Origin: Patescibacteria group bacterium
GTDB lineage: Bacteria; Patescibacteriota; Microgenomatia; UBA8517
Length of the DNA: 64,000 nucleotides
Direction of reading: 5' to 3'
NCBI GenBank assembly: GCA_038061225.1
Contig: JBBTZT010000002.1
Location: 12,655 to 76,654, forward strand
Shown here: positions 40,110 through 49,489 of the stretch, one piece after another
Layout of the letters: each line of letters begins with the position of its first letter
Numbering within the stretch: position 1 is the first letter of the stretch
Notes under the pieces: generated by a model
Told to the model about the DNA's origin: nothing
Databases searched by the model: none
What the model saw: only the letters and a program-made list of their open reading frames with translations
Program-made: the position numbers and the translations under genes

Positions 40110-40490
40110 TCACATTTTTTCTGCACAAGTCTGGCAAATTCCTTTGTGAATATGCTCCGCGCATGTCCATTTGTTACACTTAGTGCATTTCCAAAGATCG
40201 GCTGGAGTATTCCAGTCGGTTTGCATTGAAAAACCAGAATCATCGGTGAAAGGTTCTCTTGTACCAATATTGTATTGTCTGGGTTCGGTTGCTGGTGTTT
40301 TGCAGATGTGGCAAACAAATTTCGCTTGAAAATTACGCAGTTTTTGCGATTCGTTAGCCTCTTGCGTGGCAAGTTGTCTTGTTTTTTGTTCTGCTTCACG
40401 GCGCTCGCGATCACGCTTTTCAGTTTCTTCCTGATCATCAATTTTTTTCTTCCAGTTAAACATGTCACACCTCCTTAGTGTGTAAGTCAA
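40110..40490 (-). CDS. Cys-rich zinc-ribbon protein with a charged coiled-coil N-terminus, in a GC-richer island
   Basis: Four CxxC pairs (CHIC, CTKC, CAEH..C, CQTC). Local GC is visibly higher than the flanks. The overlapping alternative frame 40085..40468 was judged less likely. Confidence 0.4.
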   Translation of the reverse strand: MTYTLRRCDMFNWKKKIDDQEETEKRDRERREAEQKTRQLATQEANESQKLRNFQAKFVCHICKTPATEPRQYNIGTREPFTDDSGFSMQTDWNTPADLWKCTKCNKWTCAEHIHKGICQTCAEKM

Positions 40491-40637
40491 AATTAATTTT
40501 TTTATGTGCTAGTTAAACTTTATAAAATTTTTGCCGCTTATGGCTAAATCTTATCCCATAATTATATCATTGATTTATAAAAAATCAAATTTATCAATTT
40601 ATATCAAAAATTTTTTATTTTATGATACAATTCAATC

Positions 40638-41027
40638 ATGCCCGACGGAACAATGATGACACCAGAAAATTCATACAACCAATTTAAAATTGGTGAGTCA
40701 ACACAATCTATTGGTGGGGAAATGAGTTTAACTCCACAGTTTGGTGCAAAAGCAGATCTCCCTAAATCAAAAACGCCTGACATTGACCAAGATAAAATTG
40801 GCCCAGACGAAGGGCATCAAATGAGAGTTGGTGGGGAAATTAAAAACCAAGGAGATTCTGCAGAAGAATTGGCTGCACAAGTTGCTGAACAAGTAGCAAG
40901 ACATCTTATGGATGAAAGAGAAGGAAGCAGCTCTGCGTTTTATGCATTAACGGATATTTTAAATAAAGAAAGAATTCCACAAAAAGAAAAATTAAGTCAA
41001 CTTTCGAGAGAAAGATTGCATTTTTGA
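40638..41027 (+). CDS. Hypothetical 129-aa protein
   Basis: An ORF with no motif. Confidence 0.3.
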   Translation: MPDGTMMTPENSYNQFKIGESTQSIGGEMSLTPQFGAKADLPKSKTPDIDQDKIGPDEGHQMRVGGEIKNQGDSAEELAAQVAEQVARHLMDEREGSSSAFYALTDILNKERIPQKEKLSQLSRERLHF

Positions 41028-41852
41028 TCTAGTATCTTCAGAAACCATTTTAATATTTAAACTATTTAATTCATTTGGCATAATTTGTTTTAAAATATCT
41101 AATCTAGAACCATGATTTGAATCAAATGACTGAAATATTGGAAGAATAGGTAAATTTAAATTTTTAGCTATAACAAAAGACCCTGTATGAAAAATATCTA
41201 GATCGTATGGATTACCATCGTTTCTTTTCCCTGAGGTACCTCCTTCAGGGTACATTATTATTAGTGAATTTGGTTCAGTACTAATTAAACTATTAATTTT
41301 AGATTGAAGCAACTTAGTTTTGCCTTCCCCTCTAGCAGGTATTGTTATGACACCGCTTTGATTTTGTATGTTCAAAAAAGGTTGAGGAAGTTCAATCGCG
41401 CATTCGTGGAGATTTAGTGATAATTTTTGTGCAATTAAACTAATTGGGGCTACTCTGACAGGAAAGGGCTCAATTTCTTCAAGTGGGTAATTATTTATAT
41501 TAATGATATTAGTTTTAATTCTTGAAATCTTGGCTGTTCCAAGATGATTTGTAATTACAATTAGTGGACCACTGTGTATTTCTAGCAGGTTGTCTATTCC
41601 ACTTTTAATTTCAGTTTTACCTTTACTACTTATTTCTTCAACCAAATCTAGATAAAGGTTTCTAACTGATAAGGTCGAGGGTGTTTTATTAATGCTATTT
41701 CTAAAAAATTCAACTTGTTTATTTTTAACAATTTCAAAAAACGATTTTGACCATTCAGTATTATTTATCAGATCAAGTTTTTCTCTAATAGCTTTTTCTC
41801 TTGGATCATCCTTATTAGGTTGGCCAATTAATCTATCGTCTTTCATTTCCAT
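40992..41852 (-). CDS. Possible lysophospholipid acyltransferase (PlsC-like) family protein
   Basis: ITNHLGTAKI (degenerate NHxxxxD) and MYPEGGTSGKRN (FPEGTR-like motif III). A weak call. Confidence 0.3.
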   Translation of the reverse strand: MEMKDDRLIGQPNKDDPREKAIREKLDLINNTEWSKSFFEIVKNKQVEFFRNSINKTPSTLSVRNLYLDLVEEISSKGKTEIKSGIDNLLEIHSGPLIVITNHLGTAKISRIKTNIININNYPLEEIEPFPVRVAPISLIAQKLSLNLHECAIELPQPFLNIQNQSGVITIPARGEGKTKLLQSKINSLISTEPNSLIIMYPEGGTSGKRNDGNPYDLDIFHTGSFVIAKNLNLPILPIFQSFDSNHGSRLDILKQIMPNELNSLNIKMVSEDTRSKMQSFSRKLT

Positions 41853-41922
41853 TTAAGTTTCTTGTTTTAACATTATACATGTTTTGTTTTACCAATAAAG
41901 TTTAAAATGCTATAATCAGAAT

Positions 41923-44028
41923 ATGTCTGAAATACCACTATCAGTTGAACCACAAAAAAACAGCAGAAGTTTTACAGAAATACAAGAGGATCTTTATTCA
42001 TTTAAAAATTCACCAAATCCTGAGAAAGAGAGAGAATTAAGAATAGAGAGAGCAAGACTTATAAATGAAGCTAAAGAAGTTGGAATTTTTGTTTCAATGA
42101 AACATCATCTTTTAGATATTCAAACAAACAATCCTTCAATAACAACATCTGCACCACTAATTAACTCAATTAATGTACAAAGGTTAGAAGATGAAGCAAA
42201 AGGCTTAAGTGGTTGGGATGATAAGTTTGATGGATTGCTTCAAGCTTATAAGGAGGGAGCTCTTAGAAATATGAGTCTTGCTTTTTTAAAAAAAACTAAC
42301 GGCAGTGTCTTAGAGGTGGCAGATATCGAAAAAGAAATTGATTTATTAAATTGGGGTACTCCACCGGCCTTGGTGAATTCAATGCCGATTCAGCCAGAAC
42401 TAGCTACACAAAATGGTGGAATGGATCCTCATGAATTTGCTCGTGCAATGGCGGAAGCACAGGGTTTACAGACACCAGAAAAATATTTACAGGATGCGTT
42501 GGATACAGAGGAATATTTAAAAACAGCCTTTCAAATCGTTCCCGGAGCTGAGCCAAGATTTTGGCCAATTCTTACAGAAGAACAAAAAGCAGAATGGCAA
42601 GTTAGAGCAACTTTATTAATTGCAGCTTATAAGAAAAACAATGCAGATGGCACTGATAAGTTATATATGGGAGAAAGAAAGGAAATGGCTGTTGATTTGG
42701 GAAAACTAGCGCAACAGAGAATTTTTAAGAAACCTGGGGTCTTAGCGACCGTTGGAGTATATGGAACAGTAATAGGTGATAAAAAATTCAGAGATTGGCA
42801 AAAATTAGAGGATGTCGAGTATGAAGAAGATGTCAAAAACAAGGATGGAAGTATTAGACACAAAAAGGGAGACATCAAACATAAAGGTCTTTATAATGCA
42901 GACGGCACTCCGTCCGATATAAATCTAAAGAAAGTTTTTTGCGAAGTATTAAAGAATGACGATATTAAAAAATCCTTGATAAATGATTATGGTAAGGATT
43001 TACTTCATAAATTATTAGCATCAGAGATTAAATTACAGGAAGGTTGTGCAGATAGTTTTTATCCGCACAAAGATAAAATACAAGGAACGCCAATTGACGA
43101 AAAGTCATTTAGAGAGACAAGAAAATCAGTAAGACATTGGTTATTAACGAAAGGACGAGATTTGTTGTTGTCTGAGGATGAATTAGCAAATAGAGATGAG
43201 TTTTTTGATACCAGATTTAGTTCAAAAGAAGACTTGTTTAAAGAAATGTCACTCCGTGCTCGCGAAGCAGAGCAGATTGCGTGGAATTATATCTATATAA
43301 CTGACTTAATCGAAAATTTTGATAGTCGAGAATATAGACCTGAAGGGACAGGAAGATTATTTCCAAGCTCTTTCTGGCAACTTTTTCAATGGGTTCCTAT
43401 GCATCCCCAAGAAAGATTTGAAGCTAAAATTAGAAGAGATCTAGATCCGAAAGAACATTGGTCATCCTTAGGTACTTGGGGAGTTTATCAAATTACCCAT
43501 GGAGGATTAAGAGATGAAAAAGGAAACTTTAAAGTACCTGATTCCTTAAAAGTTTTGCCAGACACTTTAATAAGAAGTCCTCTTTTACCACAAAGATTCA
43601 AAAAAGGAAAAGGTGAGGAGGAATCCCTTTTTACTATTTTTAATGGAATAGGCAACAATGTTTTATCAGGTGATATTTCGACTATTTCAAATACTGAATT
43701 GTTTAATAGAATTAATTGGGAAAAGATGGATGATGGTCCATTTGTACCATATGTTTACGATGAAATGAGATGGGCTGATGTTGTTACAAATGTATTTAAA
43801 AAAGGTGGGAAAAGAGAAAGTAAGGTTAGTGGAGAGGATTTGAGCGAGGCAGTATATAATCTTGGGCTTAACAGAAGACAGAGAGAATTACTGCTTTTAT
43901 CTTATTTGAATCGTGTAGGAATAGATCCAATGGCTAGTACATTAAAACCAGCAGTTAATTTAATTGCCTTTAAGGGCGCCATGGATGGTTTTTTACATGA
44001 TAATCCAAATTATTTTTACGGCGTTTAA
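41923..44028 (+). CDS. Hypothetical large soluble protein (701 aa)
   Basis: A long, charged ORF with no TM and no known motif. Confidence 0.4.
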   Translation: MSEIPLSVEPQKNSRSFTEIQEDLYSFKNSPNPEKERELRIERARLINEAKEVGIFVSMKHHLLDIQTNNPSITTSAPLINSINVQRLEDEAKGLSGWDDKFDGLLQAYKEGALRNMSLAFLKKTNGSVLEVADIEKEIDLLNWGTPPALVNSMPIQPELATQNGGMDPHEFARAMAEAQGLQTPEKYLQDALDTEEYLKTAFQIVPGAEPRFWPILTEEQKAEWQVRATLLIAAYKKNNADGTDKLYMGERKEMAVDLGKLAQQRIFKKPGVLATVGVYGTVIGDKKFRDWQKLEDVEYEEDVKNKDGSIRHKKGDIKHKGLYNADGTPSDINLKKVFCEVLKNDDIKKSLINDYGKDLLHKLLASEIKLQEGCADSFYPHKDKIQGTPIDEKSFRETRKSVRHWLLTKGRDLLLSEDELANRDEFFDTRFSSKEDLFKEMSLRAREAEQIAWNYIYITDLIENFDSREYRPEGTGRLFPSSFWQLFQWVPMHPQERFEAKIRRDLDPKEHWSSLGTWGVYQITHGGLRDEKGNFKVPDSLKVLPDTLIRSPLLPQRFKKGKGEEESLFTIFNGIGNNVLSGDISTISNTELFNRINWEKMDDGPFVPYVYDEMRWADVVTNVFKKGGKRESKVSGEDLSEAVYNLGLNRRQRELLLLSYLNRVGIDPMASTLKPAVNLIAFKGAMDGFLHDNPNYFYGV

Positions 44029-44043
44029 GATAATATTACAAGA

Positions 44044-45579
44044 CTAATGTTTAGATAGAAGGGATTTGAGTGATTGTAGAAAAGTAGAAGTCTGATAAGC
44101 GGCTTGGTTCTCAGTTCGATAATTTTCATATGTATCAATTCCTTTTGATGCACCGAGCTTACCAAGTGCAACAATAGATCCAACTGTTTCTCCAATTGAG
44201 CTCCCATAAGCAAAAGGCTTTCCTGTTATCAATCCTTGTATAATTTCTACTACTTTAGTAGCTTGACTGAAAATAACAAAACTTACAACAATCCAGATAA
44301 TATTATCTGTATATATTTCACCTAGAAAGGGTATTGGCCATGCATTGTTACCAATAATATCATGTTTTGGGTTTCCGAATATAGTTTTAGCAGTAATACC
44401 TGACATAAAACCTGACGACCCTTGTACCAAGAAAAAGAATGAAAAAAAGAATATCATTCCAAGTAATGGATAAACAGCCAGATATGATATCAGCTTTTTA
44501 AGCCAGCCTCCGAAGGTTGACTTTCCCGTAAAAGCACCCATTAATATTTCAAGTGGTCCGATCGCAATTGTTAGTACAACCATAGCAAAATTTTTAAGAA
44601 TAACATAAATAATTTTTATCGACCAAAATATTATAAATAAAATTGAGAGGAAGGCAAATATAATTAATAGCAAAGAGATTTCAAAGGAGGATGTAAATAA
44701 TGTAAGAAATGCATTATAAAAAAAGGCGACCCAATAGGAATACATTAATCCAAAAGCGCTATGGTTTGTTGTAAGTTCATCAAATAAATCTTTGAAATCG
44801 TGGCCGCTAAAACCACTAGTTATCAATAAACTTGTAATGAGCCCTATCACAACATACATCAAATCAATTGCAAAACCTGCAATTGCGTAAGAAAAAGTAA
44901 TTAATATGGTTGTAAAGATTATATTTGGTAAGGCTGATTGAACTGAAATTACCAATTGAGGAGAAATTTTCATCCTAAACATTATCATAAAAGAAATAAC
45001 TATAACTGCCAAGACAAGTAAAGCGTAACTAATATCCCTAGTGGCCTGCCACAGTTTTTTGATAGAATCTGCACCAGTATTAAATCCAAAACCCTGTGCA
45101 TTGACTTCGGTAACGGGGTTAAATTTATTAATCAGATTTTTTACATAGCCAATACCGGATATTGGATTTTGGCCAATTGCGTTTAAAACTGGATTATTTG
45201 AAGCTATGTTTTGAGTAGAAGTGTCTGTAAGTGCATCGAGTGTTTCCTTAACACTTTTAAGACAATCAAGAGTTGGATGTTTTCCTATAAGACAAGTAGC
45301 TGTTTTAGGGTTTCCTGGAACTAAATTTAACACCATTGAAAATAAAGAATAAAAAATCCACTGTACTTGAGCTGCAGTGTATCTTTCTCCAAAAATTTCA
45401 CTTGGTGGAGAAGATTCATCATCATATACTTTTAAATACCAATCGAAAGGGCCTTGGTTGTACCAAGTGCTTGGGGCGGGGTCTGCTGCAAGGGCAACTG
45501 CAAAAGGCATGGCCATAGAATTAAGAAATAATAATGAAGAGAGAAGAATTAAACTGATTTTTTTGGTTAAATTTGACAT
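44044..45579 (-). CDS. Secreted polytopic membrane protein, possibly VirB6/TrbL-like
   Basis: Signal peptide ending AVALAADPAPSTWYNQG, an extracellular domain of about 150 aa, then 6 or more TM helices. Its N-terminal 70 aa are duplicated at 46157..46378. Confidence 0.4.
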   Translation of the reverse strand: MSNLTKKISLILLSSLLFLNSMAMPFAVALAADPAPSTWYNQGPFDWYLKVYDDESSPPSEIFGERYTAAQVQWIFYSLFSMVLNLVPGNPKTATCLIGKHPTLDCLKSVKETLDALTDTSTQNIASNNPVLNAIGQNPISGIGYVKNLINKFNPVTEVNAQGFGFNTGADSIKKLWQATRDISYALLVLAVIVISFMIMFRMKISPQLVISVQSALPNIIFTTILITFSYAIAGFAIDLMYVVIGLITSLLITSGFSGHDFKDLFDELTTNHSAFGLMYSYWVAFFYNAFLTLFTSSFEISLLLIIFAFLSILFIIFWSIKIIYVILKNFAMVVLTIAIGPLEILMGAFTGKSTFGGWLKKLISYLAVYPLLGMIFFFSFFFLVQGSSGFMSGITAKTIFGNPKHDIIGNNAWPIPFLGEIYTDNIIWIVVSFVIFSQATKVVEIIQGLITGKPFAYGSSIGETVGSIVALGKLGASKGIDTYENYRTENQAAYQTSTFLQSLKSLLSKH

Positions 45580-45617
45580 TTGTATGTATTTATATTATCA
45601 TAATAATCAAATTGGCG

Positions 45618-46124
45618 TTAGCCACGACCTTCTTGCTTAGGCAGGAAGGGTAAAATAAAAAATTTAGAAATTTCTTCATTAACTTTCAGAAAATCTCCAT
45701 CATCAATTACAGCTAATTTGTACCAAATTCGTTTGCTACTAAAAACTCTAATCTGCGAAGTCATTGCTGAGACGATTTCGTCTTTGACTGAAATTCGAAT
45801 ATAATATTTGTTATCTTTTAGTTTTGTACTCAATGGTACGCCTAAAAACAATTCTCTGTTGAACTTTTTGACTACTAAAACAGGACGAATAAATATATCG
45901 TTCTTTCCATCTTCTTCAAAACCAACATTTACACCAATTGATGTCCACCATATATCGCGTTCGTTAAATTGTGGAGAAGCAGTAACTTTATTGTTTATTT
46001 CCTTTTTCTTTTCTATCCATTTATCAAAGTTCTTAACATGAATATTATTAGACGAAGTAAGTACAGATTGAGAAGCGATTTTAGCAATTGAATCTTCTAT
46101 CGTTTTATCTATTTTGGCAGGCAT
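45618..46124 (-). CDS. MazF/PemK-family toxin-like protein with a 55-aa N-terminal extension and no cognate antitoxin seen
   Basis: RDIWWTSIGVNVGFEEDGKNDIFIRPVLVVKKFNRELFLGVPLSTKLKDNKYYIRI. This matches the family pattern GDIW.V...G.E..G.RPVLVV...N.....VP.TS. Confidence 0.5.
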   Translation of the reverse strand: MPAKIDKTIEDSIAKIASQSVLTSSNNIHVKNFDKWIEKKKEINNKVTASPQFNERDIWWTSIGVNVGFEEDGKNDIFIRPVLVVKKFNRELFLGVPLSTKLKDNKYYIRISVKDEIVSAMTSQIRVFSSKRIWYKLAVIDDGDFLKVNEEISKFFILPFLPKQEGRG

Positions 46125-46156
46125 GAAGAAATTATAACATTTATATTCTGAGAATA

Positions 46157-46378
46157 TTAGCCAAAGATTTCAGATGGGGGGGATTCGTCGCCGTAGACCT
46201 TTGCATACCAATCAGTAAAACCTTGGTTGTACCAAGTGCTTGGGGCGGGGTCTGCTGCAAGGGCAACTGCAAATGGCATGAAGAGGGAATTTAAAAACAG
46301 TAAGGTGGAAAGAAAAATTAAGCAAAGCTTGCCACTTCGTGGTAAACTGATTTTTTTGGTTAAGCTTGACAAGTTCAT
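46157..46378 (-). pseudogene. Duplicated 5' fragment (73 codons) of the 44044..45579 gene, with its own leader copy
   Basis: MNLSSLTKKISL...FMPFAVALAADPAPSTWYNQGFTDWYAKVYGDESPPSEIFG* compared with MSNLTKKISL...AMPFAVALAADPAPSTWYNQGPFDWYLKVYDDESSPPSEIFGERY.... The two copies share about 53 identical nt. A C7 homopolymer lies inside the fragment. Confidence 0.6.
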
Positions 46379-46410
46379 GATTTATTATATGATATCTTTA
46401 TCGCTATTAC

Positions 46411-46440
46411 CTCGGGGAAACCCGAGGCTTTTTTTGTTTT
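46411..46440 (+). terminator. GC hairpin plus T-tract (intrinsic-terminator-like), present only in the copy-B leader
   Basis: CCTCGGGGAAACCCGAGG followed by CTTTTTTTGTTTTTT. Confidence 0.4.
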
Positions 46441-46531
46441 TTAATTTTGAAAATAGATTTTCCATTTGAGTAATGTTTAACATAAATACAATTTAATCAT
46501 ATCATATATTCAAATTGGCACTAGCCACGGG

Positions 46532-47497
46532 TTAAACTTCACTGATTACATCAAAGCCTTTAAAACTCCCAACTATTGCTAAACCATAAATTTTCCCTGT
46601 GCAAATTCCTCTTCTTTTGATTTGTAAAGCCGTTTCGTTTAGGGTTGATCCTGAACCTACCGCATCATCAATCAAAAGTATGTTTTTGTGTTTATTGTTG
46701 TCGTCAACAATGATGGTATTTCTTGCATTTTGTATTCTATCTTCTATCTTGGTTAGTGTTTTTTGGGGAACAGCCACGTCTGTTTTTGCCTTTGTGATAG
46801 ATATTAGTTTTGAATCTAAATTTAAATGTTTTTGAATAACCTTCATTAATTGGAACTCTCTTTTAACAGTTGGAGGGATAAACCCAACACTAGTAATCTT
46901 ATTTTTTTTGATTAATTTAATAATTTTAGACTTTATTTGTAGAGAGATCTCTTTCATAAGTTTTTTGTTTTGGCTTTGTTTAGCATACAAAAGTAGTTGT
47001 CCGAGTTTTGTTTTTCCAAATTTCTCGATTGAATAAAAATCCAGATAATACACACTGTCAAGACCAATTGTAGAAAATGTATTTACTAATTTAAGTGTTC
47101 CGTCAATAAAATCATTCTTTTTGTATTTTTTATATATATTAAATGTTTTTATGTATTCTAATGCGGTCTTTTCAATTGGTTGTTTAGTTTTGTTGCACCA
47201 TGCAACAAAACCACTTACTCCATCAACTTTTTCTCCATCAGGTGAAATATATAAATAATTTTTATTGACAAAATCAGAGACCTTTTTTTTTAAATCGTAG
47301 CTTTGAATACTTTTTTCTCTAGAAATATAGTAGAAAACTTTTGGGGGTATACCAATTTTTGAAACAATTCCTCGTTTTAGCAATGTAGATAATTGCTTCC
47401 TTACAGCTCTATCAGTTATATCGAAAACATCAGAAAGTTCTTTTCCTGTAACTTTTTCGTGCTTGTTTAGATACTCAATTAATAAATTCATAGCCAT
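46532..47497 (-). CDS. N-terminal winged-HTH + C-terminal phosphoribosyltransferase-domain protein (ComF/PRTase-like)
   Basis: HTH GKELSDVFDITDRAVRKQLSTLLKRGIV. PRPP-binding ILLIDDAVGSGSTLNET. Confidence 0.5.
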   Translation of the reverse strand: MAMNLLIEYLNKHEKVTGKELSDVFDITDRAVRKQLSTLLKRGIVSKIGIPPKVFYYISREKSIQSYDLKKKVSDFVNKNYLYISPDGEKVDGVSGFVAWCNKTKQPIEKTALEYIKTFNIYKKYKKNDFIDGTLKLVNTFSTIGLDSVYYLDFYSIEKFGKTKLGQLLLYAKQSQNKKLMKEISLQIKSKIIKLIKKNKITSVGFIPPTVKREFQLMKVIQKHLNLDSKLISITKAKTDVAVPQKTLTKIEDRIQNARNTIIVDDNNKHKNILLIDDAVGSGSTLNETALQIKRRGICTGKIYGLAIVGSFKGFDVISEV

Positions 47498-47541
47498 ATT
47501 GTATATAGTTCCTAGTTCCTAGTGTACTAGGAACTGTAAAT

Positions 47542-49131
47542 TTGTCAAGACCTTGTAATCAAAAACTGTTTGTAGCATACTTTTGTTTAGTGTTAACTAA
47601 AATTCTATCCGCTTCACATTTTGGTTTGGAACCAAATTTAATAGAAGTTGAAGTAAATGTTTTTAAAAAAGGATTTCCTGGATTTTCGATAATTGGCCTT
47701 CCTAATAAATCAATTGAAGAGGCAAAAGAAAGAGTAAAAACTGCGCTATTAAATTCTAATATCAATTTTCCAAATCAAAAAATTGTAGTAAATTTAGCTC
47801 CCGCCGATATCCCTAAAGAAGGATCTTTGTATGATTTACCTATCGCTATTGGAATTTTAGCTTCTATGGAACTTATCAAATTGCCAACGGAAAAATCATT
47901 TTTTTACGGTGAATTATCATTGGATGGAGGCCTTCGTCATACCAAAGGGGTTTTTCTTTTAGGACTCGCTGCAAAACAAAAAGGAATCAAAAATATTTTT
48001 GTACCATCAGATTCTGCCAACGAAGCCGCTGTTTTATCAAGTATTGATGTTTACCCTGTTTTTTCTTTAAAAGAATTAATTGCACATCTAAATGGTGTAA
48101 AGAAAATAGAAAAATTATCCTACTCCGCCAAAGGCTTCGCGGGACCACATTCAGAAGATCTGAATGTGGAGTTTGATTTCTCAGAGATAATTGGTCAAGA
48201 GTCAGCCAAAAGGGCAATGACAATTGCTGCTGCAGGAGGTCATAATATTTTTTTAATTGGAACACCAGGGGCTGGAAAAACAATGCTTGCAAGAGCTACA
48301 GCGGGCATTTTACCGCCACTAAATGAAGAAGAGGCTTTGGAGGTTACCAAAATTTATTCTGTATCTGGATTAATTCCTGCAGGTGAGGGGTTAATTAGAA
48401 GTAGGCCTTTTAGAACAGCACACCACACAACAAGCCTTATTGGTTTAATAGGAGGTGGAACAAATCCTCATCCTGGAGAAATTTCACTTGCTCACAATGG
48501 TGTTTTATTTCTGGATGAATTTCCAGAATTTTCAAGGGGAACACTTGAGGCTTTGAGGCAACCTTTAGAAGATAGAAAAGTTTCCATAACCAGAATTGCA
48601 GGAAGCGCAGAATTTCCCGCTAGCTTTATGTTAATCGCAGCTGCAAATCCCTGTCCCTGTGGATATCTAGGAGATCCAAAAAGAGAATGTAAATGCACAC
48701 CAAGAATGGTTATGAATTATCAATCAAGACTTTCTGGCCCTTTAATGGATAGAATTGATTTACATTTAAATGTTCCAGCGGTGGATGTTAATAAACTTAT
48801 GACTAATAACTCATCACTCGTAACCCGTAACTCCAAAACAATTCGTGAACAAGTAATTAAGGCAAGAAATATACAAAATAAAAGGTTTAAAGGATTATCA
48901 GTTTTTGTAAATGCCAATATGAAAAATAAACATATTAAAGAATTTGTAGAAATAACACCTGAATCACTACTTTTACTTAAGCAAGCAGTAAATACATATA
49001 ATTTATCTGCTAGAACTTATTTTAGATTAATTAAAGTAGGTCAAACAATTGCAGACTTGGCAGATTCCACGAGTATACTTCCAAATCATGTCGCCGAAGC
49101 ACTTCAATACAGAGTAAGAACAAATGACTAA
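47542..49131 (+). CDS. comM: ComM/YifB Mg-chelatase-like AAA+ ATPase. The true start is probably an internal GTG/TTG.
   Basis: ChlI-type N-terminal LEPNLIEVEVNV...GFPGFSIIGLP, Walker A LIGTPGAGKTMLA, Walker B VLFLDEFPEF, and a C-terminal Mg-chelatase domain. Confidence 0.8.
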   Translation: MSRPCNQKLFVAYFCLVLTKILSASHFGLEPNLIEVEVNVFKKGFPGFSIIGLPNKSIEEAKERVKTALLNSNINFPNQKIVVNLAPADIPKEGSLYDLPIAIGILASMELIKLPTEKSFFYGELSLDGGLRHTKGVFLLGLAAKQKGIKNIFVPSDSANEAAVLSSIDVYPVFSLKELIAHLNGVKKIEKLSYSAKGFAGPHSEDLNVEFDFSEIIGQESAKRAMTIAAAGGHNIFLIGTPGAGKTMLARATAGILPPLNEEEALEVTKIYSVSGLIPAGEGLIRSRPFRTAHHTTSLIGLIGGGTNPHPGEISLAHNGVLFLDEFPEFSRGTLEALRQPLEDRKVSITRIAGSAEFPASFMLIAAANPCPCGYLGDPKRECKCTPRMVMNYQSRLSGPLMDRIDLHLNVPAVDVNKLMTNNSSLVTRNSKTIREQVIKARNIQNKRFKGLSVFVNANMKNKHIKEFVEITPESLLLLKQAVNTYNLSARTYFRLIKVGQTIADLADSTSILPNHVAEALQYRVRTND

Positions 49132-49489
49132 GCAATTTAACAGAATTAAAGGAAAAGATGGAGAGGAGATGGCTGCAAAGTGGTTGAAAGATCGAGGATA
49201 TAAGATTATAGATAAAAACAATTCAACAAAATTCGGAGAATTAGATATTATTGCTAGTAAAAACGATATATTAATTTTTGTTGAAGTAAAATTTAAACAA
49301 ACAGAAAACTTTGGAACGCCTGAAGAAATGATTGGAAAAAATAAATTAATGCAGGTTAGAAGAACGGCAGAATTATATTTATTAAATAACCCTGATATTG
49401 CAAAATTTTATGATAGATATCAAATAGATGCAGTTTGTATAGTAGAGGATACGGGTAGAATATCACATTATGAAAATCTTACATTTTAG
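49124..49489 (+). CDS. yraN: YraN-family (UPF0102) endonuclease
   Basis: GKDGEEMAAKWLKDRGYKIIDKN...GELDIIASKNDILIFVEVKFKQ. Confidence 0.7.
   Translation: MTKQFNRIKGKDGEEMAAKWLKDRGYKIIDKNNSTKFGELDIIASKNDILIFVEVKFKQTENFGTPEEMIGKNKLMQVRRTAELYLLNNPDIAKFYDRYQIDAVCIVEDTGRISHYENLTF

Noticed and set aside
40085-40468. Alternative-frame ORF of 127 aa overlapping the zinc-ribbon gene
   Set aside because: The Cys-rich frame (40110..40490) has a coherent zinc-ribbon pattern and a charged N-terminus. The alternative frame has no features. Only one can be real.
45808-46469. Plus-strand ORFs 45808..46041 and 46227..46469
   Set aside because: They are antisense to the MazF-like gene and to the duplicated fragment respectively, with no motifs. 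Treated as spurious.
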